DNA from: Hypanus sabinus
Taxonomy: Eukaryota
Length of the DNA: 64,000 nt
Reading direction: 5' to 3'
Assembly: GCF_030144855.1 (NCBI RefSeq)
Contig: NC_082730.1
Coordinates: 13,640,001 to 13,704,000 of the forward strand
Shown: positions 50,894 through 63,029 of the stretch, piece after piece
Position numbering within the stretch: the first letter of the stretch is position 1
Layout: the number at the start of each line of letters is the position of its first letter
Notes under the pieces: generated by a model
Told to the model about the DNA's origin: nothing
The model's database searches: none
What the model saw: the letters and a program-made list of their open reading frames with translations, nothing else
Program-made: the position numbers and the translations under genes

Positions 50894-51337
50894 CATTCGG
50901 TGGTCAACTTATTAGGTACACCTGATTGTTAATGCAATGATCTAATCAGTCAGTCATGTGGCAGCAAATCTGTGTATTAAAGCAGACGTGGTCAAGTGAT
51001 TCAGTTGTTCAGACCAAACATCAGGAAGAGGGAAGAAATCTGATCTAAGTGCCTTTGATCATGGAATGATTGTTGGTGCCAGACTGGGTGGTTTCATTAT
51101 CTCAGAAACTGTTGATCTCCTGGGATTTTCACACACAACAGTCTCTTGTCTTTGCAGAGAATGGTGTGAATGAGAGAGATCAGAGCAGAAGTTGCAGACT
51201 GGATCAAACTGCCAGGAAGCAATAACCACGTTACAACAGTGGTGTGTAGAAGAGCATCTCTGAATGCACAACACCTCAAACCATGGAGTGTTTTGACTAC
51301 AGCAGCAGAAGGTACCCAATAAAGTGGTCACTTACTG
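50894..51337 (+). mobile_element. Non-autonomous Tc1-like element
   Basis: TA-flanked degenerate TIRs (..GTGGTCAACTTATT / AATAAAGTGGTCAC) and a Tc1 N-terminal remnant (GMIVGAR). Confidence 0.65.
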
Positions 51338-52556
51338 TAGCTCTTATTCTGATATCTCTAACCCCTGACAGGCTTCTAAATTCCAGTGAGTATAAGCCGA
51401 GTCAATCCAGTCTTTCTTCATATGAAAGTCCTGCCATCCCAGGAATCAATCTGGTGAACCTTCTCTGTACTCCCCCTATGGCAAGAATGTCTTTCTTCAG
51501 ATTGGGGGACCAAAACTGCACACAATACTCCAGGTATGGTCTCACCAAGGCCTTGTACAACTGCAGTAGAACCTCCCTGCTCCTGTCCTCCTAGTCTTTG
51601 CAGAGAATGGTGTGAATGAGAAAGATCAGAGCAGAAGGGCCAGACTGGTTCAAACTGCCAGGAAGTAATAACCACGTTGTAACCAAGTAATAACCATGGT
51701 TCAATGTCAGTTTCTGTACTCAGTCAATCTTAAGTTTTCAGTTTCCCTTATCTCCTTCCTCCGTATTGTAATGGATAAAATATTCACACAGGATGCCCAG
51801 ACCATTGTTGGCTGTTAAATCATCATTCTGCAAGTATTCTACCACAACTCATTGCTACAGGATTTATTTTAAGGTCTAATGTTAACGTTACTAACATGCA
51901 CCACCTGGTCTCTCCTTCAGTTTGTCCATTCAGCTCCTGGGCTTACATCCTGAGATTACATCCAGCCCAGCTAACAGAATTTCACCATTCTGACATTACC
52001 AGACATTCTTCACCACACATATCCTTCTTACATCGCTAAGACCTTTAATTGTCCTACTGTTATCTAAATCCTGATTCAGTTGACGCTTGAACCAAATCTT
52101 GTTAGTTCATTTTGTACTGGTTTAATTAATCTCACATTCTTGATACATGTTCTGAATGTGAAGTCTATAAATCTAACTACATTCTTGCTTCAGCCAATCT
52201 GTGTAGGTAATATCATTTTTGACAATTGACCATTTTGCTTTGCTTTGTTGTCTTACACTATGTTGATACTGAGTTCATAAATTTATAGTTGTATGCTGAC
52301 CAAGTACATAGTGAAGTTATCTTATCAAACATGCCATTAATGGTCAACTGTCAAGATATATCAGAAACATGAGTTCTGATGAAAGGTCTTTGACTTAAAT
52401 ATTATTACTGCTTTTCCTTCCACATATGTTTACTGATCTGCAAGTGTTTAAGACATTTGCTATTTCTATACTGTAACATTTTCATCTAATATGTTTGAAA
52501 TATTCTAGTTTTTTTGCTTTTCAAATCGAGGGATTTTTTGTGGTTCAATGTATCAG

Positions 52557-52990
52557 TCTATTTGAGGCATAGAGAAGTACAGTACAGAAGCAGGCCCTTG
52601 AACCCATCCAGTCCATGCTGAACCATTTAAACTGCCTACTCCCATTGACCTGCATTAGGACCATAACCCTCCATCCCCCATTCCAAACTTCTCAAAGTTG
52701 AAATTAAGCTCATATGCACCACTTGTGCTGGCAGCTCATTCCACACTCTCATAACCATCTGACTGATGTTTTGCTTCATGTTCTCCTTAAGCTTTTCACC
52801 TTTCACCCTTAACCCATGATCTCTGGTATTAGTCCCACCCATCCTCAACGGAAAAAGTCTGTTAGCATTTACCCTATCTACATCTCTCATAATTTTGAAT
52901 ACCTCTATCAATTCAACTCTTAATCTTCGATACTTCAAGAAACAAAGTCCTAACCTATTGAATCTTACCATATAACTCAGGTCACTAGTC
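52557..52990 (-). mobile_element. CR1-type LINE 3' fragment
   Basis: ORF 52636-52992 contains RRLRVELIEVFKIM and RVWNELP. Confidence 0.8.
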
Positions 52991-53500
52991 ATGTTAGTGT
53001 TAATCCTTGTAGTGCTAATTCCAACAAAGAGCTAGTCTGGTGGCATTTAAACTTGTAAAGGAGTTCTAAATTTGGCGTTCAGTACATATCCCTTTAAACT
53101 ACACCCTTGAATGTATCTAGGTGCTTCTGAAATGATATATTTGATCCTTTGTCAGACCACATCTTCTGACAGCATATTCCATATATTTACCACATTCTGC
53201 ATATAACAGTTGGTCATCAAATTCCTTTCAAATTGACCCCCTCCCCCTCACCTAACATCTATACCTCCTCTGATTTTGGACTCCATTACTCTGGAGAAAA
53301 GGCTGTTATCATTCACTTTATTATTATAATTTTATTTCTAGTGTCTGACATTGACCATAAAACACCACAGGGAGGAAGAGAGCAGTGGGTAAATTAGCTT
53401 TGCCCTCTGCTTCCACTACATTTCCTGGTGTCCGGCTTGCCTGTTGTGGGAGAGTCTCTTCTAGGCAGTAGCCACAATTGGAGGGAATGGAGGTGATATG

Positions 53501-53753
53501 TGTTACGTTTTGTAACTTCAGAACATAAATTAATTCAAAGGAGACACGAAAATCTAGGAATACAGATGTAGTTTAAGCTTACTTTAAGCGAGGCATGCTC
53601 GTATCACATGGTAGTGTGATAGCGTATGGAATTAATGATTTTACATATAACCTGTAATTAATTATTTAAATGAAAATGAATGCTCAATCAAACAATATAT
53701 ATACCGTTTGTACAAGATTACTCAAATATTATTGAAATATCAAATATACAACA
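53501..53753. mobile_element. Solo LTR with 5-bp TSD ATATG
   Basis: TGTTACG...CAACA with ATATG at 53496-53500 and 53754-53758. Shares internal motifs such as tactttaagcgagg with 13314-13562. Confidence 0.8.
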
Positions 53754-54396
53754 ATATGGTAATAAGAGTTAGGCCTTTATTCCCCACCCAGAAACCATTT
53801 AACCCACAGATATTGCTTTACTAAAAGCAGACATAACAGATTTTTTTTCCCACATTTGGACCATTGACTTTCAAAAGTTCCTGCCATTTTATATTGTTGC
53901 ACTGTAATCTTCCATCACAGAAGGGTGAATGGTTGAGACAGTATGGGTAGGGTTTGGAATAGGAGCGGGGTGAGATTGGTTTGTGTGTAAAGGTTTAATG
54001 ATTTGGGTTCAGTCCCAGTAGACATATACTGTCATTGTAGGCGTACATTGGGATACATGACACTGTATTTTGGGCTCTCACTGGCATAATGAAAAAAGAA
54101 ATATTTTGCAATGAATAAAATTAGGTTGTTGCAGCTTGCAGTGATCAACAAGGCATGAATCTTGAAGGGGATGTTGCTTTACCCAGGGTTGACATGCATT
54201 AGAAACCCAGTGATCATTGAAACTATTAAACAAAGAGGGCTGTTTGCCAACGTGAGAATCTGAACTGCACAAAAAGCACAGAGTAATAAGAACATAAGAC
54301 ATAGGAGCAGAATTAGGCTATTTTGCCCATCAAGATTGCTCCATCATTCCATCATGGCTGATTTATTATCCCTCTCAAGTGCATTCTCCTGACTTC

Positions 54397-54772
54397 TCTT
54401 TTTTTTTGTAATTTTTTTTATTGTTCATCAAACAAACATTTCCATAAGATGTATTTCAGACACTGTACATATATATCATATAATCATATATATCACAAAT
54501 CCCCACAAAGTATTTATCTGAGGTATACAGTTATAAAAAAGAGTGGAAAGAAAAAAACAAGCAAAAGGAAAGAATTATGTACAAGTCGGGTGTGATCTTT
54601 TTTTTTTACAACAGATTCATTGATTTGTGAGAATAAAATCAGGCCTATGAGGCATTATGTAGATAAACCATTTTTCCCAGTATGAATCAAATTGTTCCAG
54701 CTTATGATTAACAGATGCTGTTATCTTCTCCATTTTGTAAATGTCCATTGTAATTTCCATCCATGTATTTAA
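54397..54772 (-). mobile_element. L1-type LINE 3' end with poly(A) tail
   Basis: WMEITMDIYKMEKITASVNHKLEQFDSYWEKW resembles the fish L1 ORF2 C-terminus; poly(T) run on the plus strand at about 54397-54420. Confidence 0.7.
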
Positions 54773-57700
54773 CCAGTCAAATGATGTACTGGGGGCAGCC
54801 CACAAGTGCTGCCATCCTTCCAGCACCAATGTAACAGGCCCACAACTTCATAACCCTTCCTACCCTGTACGTATTTGGAAGGTGGGAGGAACCCAGGGTA
54901 CTCGGAGGGAATCTCACTCAGTCAGACTCCTTACGGACAGCAGTCAGAATTGAACACCAGTGGTTGACTGCTGATGCTGTAGAGTGATGCTCTAACCTCG
55001 ACGCTACGTGCCAGCTAATTAAATTACATTACAGCAGGGGCTCCCAACTTGGGGCCCATAGAACACTGAGGCACAGACACGAGCCATTAATCTGCTTTGT
55101 CCCATCCAGCTGTACTGGATCATAGCCCTTCATACCCCTCACGTATACGTACCTATCCAAATTTCTCTTAAATGCTGAACTCGAACCACAGCTCATTCCA
55201 CACTTAGCACCCTCTGAGTGAAGAAGATCCCACTCGTGTTCCACATTAAGCATTTCACCTTTTTACCCTTAACCCATCACCTCTAGTTCAATTCTCACCC
55301 AACCTTAGTGAAAAAAAAGCCTGCTAGCATTTACCCTGTGTATATGCTTTATAATTTTGTATACTTCTATCGAATCTCCCTTCAGTCTCCTACACTTTTC
55401 AATGATGAAGTTGGAAATATTAGGGCACTTTATCCTTATCAGGATGTAAATCAGTGTTCAATAACTTTCTTCATATAGTGGGAAAGGGAGAAGAACAACT
55501 AGAGGGTTGTTCTTCACATAAAAACTTGACTTGTTACTATTGTATTGCAAGATCACACTAAGATAAACACATAGTAAAGACGCTAAGAGAACTCTGGTTT
55601 TCTTTGAACAACGTGGGATCTTTCCGTCTCCATGGACAGGCTGACGGGACTGTTGTTCAGGAAGTTTGCATTATGTTCAGTAATCACCAACACTGACAAA
55701 TGAGGTGAGTCTAGATGGAAGTACTGATCCCAGAACCTCTGGGTCAGAAGCGGACGCCACCATAGCATAGCAGTTAGTGTAATGCTATTGTAACTTGGGG
55801 CTACAGAGTTCAGAGTTCAACTCCAGTGTCCTATTTATGGTGTTTATATGTCCTTCCGGTAGAACATGTCGCTTTTCTCTAGGTACTCTGGTTTCCTCCC
55901 AATTGTCCCATGATTAAGCCAAGGTTAAATCATGGTTTGACGGGCATTGCGACTCAAAGGACTGGCAGGGCCTATTTTGCATGGTATCTCAACAATAATA
56001 AAGGACTTGGGAATCTTGAATTTCTACAGAGTGAAGATTGTGTTATTCCCTGCTGCTGTTGTCACATTGATGAAGCTGGATCAGTGTTGCCATAAGAGCA
56101 GAATTAGGCCATTCAGCCCATCAAGTCTGTTCCACCATTCTATCATGGCTGGTTTATTATTCCTTTCAACTCCATTCTCCTGACTTCTCCCCGTAACCTT
56201 TGACATTCTTATTAATCAAAAACCTATCAACCTCCACTTAAATATGCTTAATGATATGGCCTCCACAGCTCTCTGTGGCAACAGATTCCACATGTTTACC
56301 ACTCTCTGGCTAAAGAAATTCCTCCTCATCTTTGCTGTAAAGGGACATCCTTGTACTCTGAGGCTGTGCCCGCTGGTCTTAGACGTCTCTAGGTGCTCCC
56401 CACGTCACTCTATCAAGGCCTTTCAATATTCGATAGGTTACAATGAGATCCCCCACTCATTCTTCTAAACTCCAGTGAGTACAGGCCTAGAGTCATCAAC
56501 AACTCCTCATACATTAGCCCTGTCAATCCCAGGACCATACTCGTGAACCTTCTCTGAATCCTCTCCATTGTCAGTTCATGACCTGAGCTTGTTAATGGTC
56601 AGAAGGAACTTGGCTTGAAGTGGAGCCTTTCCCTTTCCCAGGGTGGTTCAAAGTACTTCACAGACAGCAAAAGGGGTAATGATACCAGGTCAAAGGTCCA
56701 GTTTAATGTCAGAGAAATGTATACAACATTCATCCTGAAATGCTTTTTCTTCGCAAACATCCTTGAGAACAGAGGAGTGCTTAAACTTCTGTTCAAATAT
56801 TGTAGGGCAGTTTGCAGGAAGGGTGAACTTATTAGTGATAAACACATGAGATTCTGCAGATGTTAAAAATCCAGAGAACACACATGAGGTCTGCCAAACT
56901 CAAAAGTTTTTCATACGTTTGCGCTCTGAAGAACAAATGTATCTACAGATGATTCAATAGAATGATAATCGCAGTAATGAGATCGATTTTGCTTTACAGC
57001 ACCATGTGTAAGACTGGGGTTTAAATCCCACTACTCTCTGTTAGGAGTTTGTACGCTCTCCCTGTAAATGTGCGATTTTCCTACAGGTGCTCCGACTTCA
57101 TTCCAAATTCCAAAAATGTGGAGATTAGTAAATTAATTGTTCATATGGGTGTAATTGGGCAGTGCAGGTTTGCTGGGCTGGAAGGGCTAATAGATAACTG
57201 TGTCTCTAAGTAAGGTTAAGTAAAACATTCAATATTTTTGAAATCTCCCTCTTTGTTTCATTCTCCATGGTGGGTGAGCAGCATCCCAAAATGTTTTATT
57301 TTTAACTTATTTGTGAGATGTAGCATCACAGGCAAGAACAGTAGTTATCGATCTTATTCTCTGCAAATTTGGTAGCTGACCAATTTCTTTTCCCTCTTTC
57401 TGTATCACCAGAGATGCACGTGGAACTTTACTTCCTGTCCTGGATGATTTGAGGGTGACACAATCTCTGACATCGAACTATCCATATGGATTATGTGCTC
57501 AAATGCTGTAGTGGGATTTGTACTGGCAGCTTATGGGAGTGGAGATGAGAAAGCTGTGCTGAGGTCAGATTGACCCAGGAGAGGAGTTATGTATGTTGGG
57601 ATAGGGTGCAAGGCTGACTACTCCAGCACTCAATACAGTAATCAAAACTACTGCCATTTGCATAGAGGACCTAGAATCAGAAATTCAATGGCAACCGATT

Positions 57701-57928
57701 ACATTTCCCAATACTGGGAAGAAAGGAAGTGAATGGAATTGGATGGAATTAGTTCAAAAGTTTGACAAAGCAACTATGTGCATGGATTCTGCCAGAGGAA
57801 CGTAATTAACCTGAAGATTAACTTGCAGATTGAGAAAGTATTGTGAGTGGCTTAGGGCCTCTTATCTAAGAAAGGATGTGTTGATATTACAGAGAGTCCA
57901 GAGAGGTTTATGAGAGTGATACTGGAAT

Positions 57929-58801
57929 TGTGGTGGTCAAGAAGGCCAATGGAATGCTGGCTTTTATTGCTAGGGGGATGGAGTATAAGAACAGGGAGGT
58001 CTTACTGCAGTTGTACCGGGTATTGGTGAGACCACACCTGGAGTACTGTGTGCAGTTCTGGTGTCCATATTTAAGAAAGGACATACTGGCTCTCGAGGCA
58101 GTGCAGAGAAGGTTCACTAGGTTAATTCCAGGGATGGGTGGGTTGATGTATGATGAGAGGTTGAGTAGATTGGGACTCTACTCATTGGAGTTCCGAAGAA
58201 TGAGAGGCGATCTTATTGAAACATATAGGATTGTGAAGGGGCTTTAACGGGTGGATGCAGGGAGAATGTTCCCAATGATGGGTGAAACTAGGACTAGGGG
58301 GCATAATCTTAAAATAAGGGGATGCCATTCCAGGATGAGGAGAAATTTCTTCACTCAGAGGGTAGTGGGGCTGTGGAATTTACTGCCCCAGAGAGCTGTG
58401 GAAGCTACTACACTCAATAAATTCAAAACGGAGATAGACATTTTCCTGGATAAAAATGGCATTAGGGGATACAGTGAGCGAGCAGGTAAGTGGACATGAG
58501 GCTAGGTTTAGACCAGCCATGTGATCTCCTGGACCAGTTTTCGATAGCCTGGATGGGTTGGAGAGGAATTTTCCAGATTTTTTCTCCTCAATTGGCAAAT
58601 CGTTTTTTTCCCCCCGAGTGATCACATGGGTTTGGGCGGGATGAATAATAAAATAAAATGGGCAGCATGGTGCCCTGTTGCCTTGTGGGATTCGGTGAAA
58701 ACTAGAGTTAAGATTGGATCAGCCATGATCTTGTTGAATGACAGAGCAGGTTTGAGGGGCCGATTGGCCTACTCCTGCTCCTATCTCTCTTATGTTCTTA
58801 T
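57929..58801 (+). mobile_element. Young 5'-truncated CR1 LINE nested in an older CR1 fragment
   Basis: ORFs 57930-58247 and 58251-58499 are in the same frame, split by one stop. The older CR1 (ERVQRRFMRVILE) is interrupted at about 57928 and resumes at about 58802. Confidence 0.85.
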
Positions 58802-59263
58802 GAAAGCATTAATGTATGAGAAGCATATGATGGCTCTGGGACTGCAGTTGCCGGAGTTTAGAAGAATGAGGGGCAATAGTGAAAAGCTTAGACAGAGTAC
58901 ATGGGGAGAGGATGCTTCCAATAGCAGGGCAGTCTGGGACCGGAAGTCACAGACTCAGAATAGAATGTTATCCTTTTTGAATAGAGGGTGTTGAATCTGA
59001 GAAATTCATTGCCACAGAGGGCTGTGGAAGCCATGTCATTGGGTTTATTTAAAGTGGAGTTTAATAGGTTCTTGATGGTTATGAGAAAAAAGAAAGGCAG
59101 GTGAATGGGATTAAGAGGGAAAATAAATCAGCAAGATGGAATGTCAGAGCAGACTCAATGGGCCGGATAGCCTAATTCTGCTCCTATGTATTATGGTCCT
59201 ATCATCACAACAATAGAGCAAAGATACAGTAATAAACAGCACAGGTCCAGGAAATGAGATTTC

Positions 59264-59542
59264 CTAAGGAACAACTGAGGCATAAATTGTCTGCTTAGGG
59301 TCCTGCAGAGTGCCTGGAGAGGGAGCTTTCCCACTATTCAATGGGGAGTTGTTTTGAAAATCAACATTAGTGTAGATAGTATTCTTATTGGTTACCGGGT
59401 GCCTTGCTGTTGATTTCTGTTGAAATCCCACTTCTGCATACATGATCCAACTATCATTGTTCACCTGCAAGGCAGCTGCCTGTTTGCTCTGACGTTGCTG
59501 CAGATTTGTGCTAATGGTGCTCCCTTCCAAAGATGCCGATTG
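59264..59542 (-). CDS. Gene E terminal cytoplasmic exon with ITIM and two ITSM-like motifs
   Basis: Acceptor ttttgctttctcatatttag|CAA. Encodes QSASLEGSTISTNLQQRQSKQAAALQVNNDSWIMYAEVGFQQKSTARHPVTNKNTIYTNVDFQNNSPLNSGKAPSPGTLQDPKQTIYASVVP*, containing IMYAEV (ITIM), TIYTNV and TIYASV (TxYxxV). Confidence 0.85.
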   Translation of the reverse strand, partial: QSASLEGSTISTNLQQRQSKQAAALQVNNDSWIMYAEVGFQQKSTARHPVTNKNTIYTNVDFQNNSPLNSGKAPSPGTLQDPKQTIYASVVP

Positions 59543-61492
59543 CTAAATATGAGAAAAGCAAAATGATTTTTACGCCTGATGAATGTAAGAAGTGTCATCC
59601 GCTGTTCCGAGCAAAAATTGATCACAGAGCTGTTCTCCAACAGAGACAAGAGTGACTGCAGATGTTGGAATCTGGAACAACAAAAATGTTCCTGGAGGAA
59701 TTCAGCAGATGGAGGAGCATCAATGGGGGTAAAGGGATGTTCAATAATTTGGATTAAAAACCTGTATTGATGGGAGTAAATGGATGTTCAATATTTGGAT
59801 TAAGAATCTGTATCAGGAGTGGGAACATAGAGGGAAGATAGCTAGTACAAAGATGTAAGAGAAATGGATGAGACAGAGTCAGGTATGTGATGGAACAAAC
59901 TAGTTCAAGGGGAAATGATGAACAGATGTGGTCTGGTGGAAAAGAGGAGTGGGGATTACTGAAACTGAGGCCGCTGGATAATAGGAAACATACTGTAAGG
60001 AGAAAAAAATAATAAGATCATAGCAGAATTGGAGCTGAATTAGGGGAGTGGGAAGGGTCGAGGCAGATGTTGTTAAGTGTTATGTAGAACCAGATTAGGA
60101 GATTGGTATATAGTAGATGGAGCCAGGTGGGTGAGGAGTTAGGGAAATTGAACCCAGGTGGAGAGACCTGTGAGCAATAGATAGGAAGAAGAGTCTCAAT
60201 AGCAAAGATAGTGGAAGGGGAGATGTTTGAGTGGTCCTGCTGAAAGGGCTTAGCTCTTTATGTCCACTGTTTATTCTTCTCCACAGATGCTGCCTGAACT
60301 GTTGAGTTCCTCCAGCATTTTGTTTGTGTTGCTATAGACTTCTAGCATCTGCAGAATCCCTTGTGTTGGTGGCTGGGTGGAAAACGTGAACAATAGGAGA
60401 GAAACCTGGATGGATCAGTGCAAGTGAGTAAGGAATACAGACAGAGTGAGTGACCTGAACTGGGGGAACTCGTTGTTCATAATATTGAGGAAAAGTTCTC
60501 AAAGTGAACTCAACTTAGCAAGAACTTGTTGGTACAAGTGGAACAGACTCAATGGGCCAAATGGTCTAATTCTGCTCCAACATCTTATGGTCTTCTATAG
60601 CAGTTGTACTTAATTTGAACTCCAGCTATTCAGCTGAATTAGTATGTATTCTTCTCTCCCTAATGTGCTTTATTAGCTTTCCCTCAAAAGTTCCATAATA
60701 TTTACTTCCTACAGTTACTACAGTTCATGAATGGAAGTTCATCTCGCTTTTCTAATCTGATCTGGCTTCCCCTTTTCTTCCACTCTTGATGAAAGGTCTT
60801 GGTCTGAAATGTCAACTGCGTTTCATTTCCATAGATGCTGCCTGACCTGTTACGTTCCTCCAATATTTTATGTGTGTTAGTCTGGATTTCCAGAATCTGT
60901 GGGATCTCTTTCACTTATGATTTTTTATAGCCTTCTTTCTGCTCTCAGCCACAGAACACATATTTGTGCTGTTCTCCCTTGGAGAACCAGAGGGTATTTC
61001 GTTGAACTGAGATTTTGAAACAGTGAACGATGAACTTGTTGGGCAGAAAGGACTTGTTACCATGCTGTTTCTTGTGACATCCCATTTACTTTCTCTGATC
61101 TTTCATAAGAGTTTGGGATATGGATGGAATATATTAAATATTAATTGAAATGTCATTGGAAAAAAAAGGACATGGTTACAGCGATAGCAAGTTGTCATCT
61201 CTAAAATTAGAGCCAGGGCCAGCCACACCTTGCATCTGTTAGTGGTAACAAATTAGAGATTGAAGCCATTTTGAAAATCCATCAAATAAAATATCATGGA
61301 TGAATTAAGGAAAAGTTGGATAAGCACAAGAAGGAGAAAGAACTGGTGGTACCTAAGATACAGTTCAATAAAGAATGATGTTTGGAGACTTGTGTATAGT
61401 ATTAACACCGGAAGCCTTTGGGGCTGAATGGTCTTTGTCATTTGATTTTATAAATTTTCAAGCATTCAGAAAATTCATACTTCACATCTTAC

Positions 61493-61539
61493 CTGAGTTT
61501 CATTGCTGCCTCTTGTCTGAGATGTGCTGTACTTCGAGT
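61493..61539 (-). CDS. Gene E cytoplasmic exon 1, (D)SKYSTSQTRGSNETQ
   Basis: 47 nt, aattttctag|AC...CAG|GTAAG. Phase 1-0 exactly links the TM exon (ends phase 1) to the terminal exon (starts phase 0). Confidence 0.75.
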
Positions 61540-62394
61540 CTAGAAAATTCAAAGTTATCTATGTAATGGGAATGTTAGGTAAATGCTGAATTATCCTTTT
61601 GGTGCACTATCTTAAATAGTGCACCTCTAAATCACAGGGAAATTTGTTCCAGGAAAACTGTCCTGATCACAAATTTCTGCAAATCAAATCTTTAACGTCC
61701 TACTGATTCCAGTTCTGGTCAATCATTTGTCCATTAACCACATTGATACCCGTCTGCTCGTGAGAAAGATTCTGGAATAAAAGTGATATCATATGAGCAG
61801 CGATTCAAGATTCCCAGCTTCCTGGTTGACATGGAGTTCTGCCATTCCACATGCAAGGTGATTCCGTGTCATCTGATGTTTTGGGGAGCTCTCACCTGTT
61901 TATAATAGCACTTCCATTATTCTTTAATACTTCATTTATCCAGAGAAGAACACCTCAACTCCGGATCGTATCTGACAAGATTCAATTCCAATCTTGTTAC
62001 ATTTTAGAACATGGAACTCAGAAAATGGAACATTACAGCACAGAACAGTTTCTTCAGCCCACAACATTAACATTCCCCTCTACTCAGACCTCCATTTTCC
62101 TGTCATCCAGGTGCCTAACTGAAGTTGCTTAAATATCCCTAATACATTTGTCTCTACCACCAACCCTGGCTGTATGTTCCATGCACCAACCACTCTTTAT
62201 AAAAAAACTGCATCTAACATCCAATCACTTGAAAATTGTGCCCTATGGTATTAGCCATTTTTTGCATTCAAAAAACAGTCTCCAGCTGTCCACTCAATGT
62301 ATGCCTCTTTTTATCTTGTACATTTCTATCAAGTAATTTTGCAGAAAGCTATCAGATATATCATAAAATGATGAAAAGAGAAGTAGAAACTCAC

Positions 62395-62486
62395 CCCTGT
62401 TTTTACACTTTAGATACAAAAGCAGGCCAGTGAAGATCATCGTGAGAACAATGCCAGTGATGCTGAGCAGAATTACTTTCGTTAAT
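62395..62486 (-). CDS. Gene E transmembrane exon, LTKVILLSITGIVLTMIFTGLLLYLKCKNR
   Basis: Strong acceptor (ctgacccttccttgttctctgcaccgcag|A) and donor G|GTGAGT. Hydrophobic helix followed by a basic KCKNR stop-transfer; phase 2-1. Confidence 0.85.
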
Positions 62487-62993
62487 CTGCGGTGCAGAGA
62501 ACAAGGAAGGGTCAGCCAGTAATCCTCGGCCATTGTCAAAGAATGGAAGTCTGGTGCATACACGACTCTCTTCTGGAACTCAGGATGTGTGCAGTCCAAG
62601 CAAGTGAAGTGCAGACATTGTTGGAGTGCAGAAATGCAGCAGCCAAACTGCTTGCAGAAAGGCTCCACAAGCAAATAATGATCAGTGACAATACTGTTGG
62701 TTAAAGTGTAAATGTTGTGCAGATTATCTGCAACTTCTTTTCCTTAATACAATAAAGCACAGTCTACAGACTCACTTTCTAGGGCTCTATAAGGCATGCA
62801 TCATTCAGTGCCCTCATCACCCCGGATATGCCCTCTTCTCAATGCTACCATCAGGAAGGAAGTTCGGGAGCCTGAAGACACACACTCAGTGAACAGATTC
62901 TTCCCGTTTGCCATCCAATTTCTGAATGGACATTGAACCCAAGAACATGACCTCACTACTTCTCCAGTTTTGTTTTTGAATTATTTATTTAAC

Positions 62994-62998
<5 letters not shown>

Positions 62999-63025
<27 letters not shown>
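62999..63025. repeat. (TA)n microsatellite
   Basis: Direct reading. Confidence 0.95.

Positions 63026-63029
<4 letters not shown>

Noticed and set aside
54078-54266. Strong minus-strand acceptor followed by a mildly hydrophobic frame
   Set aside because: No homology to the cluster exons, no convincing donor and no upstream gene context.
61896-61929. Possible extra 34-nt cytoplasmic exon of gene E (CAG|GTGAG donor)
   Set aside because: Weak acceptor, and phase 1-2 does not fit the neighbouring exons, which already join in frame.
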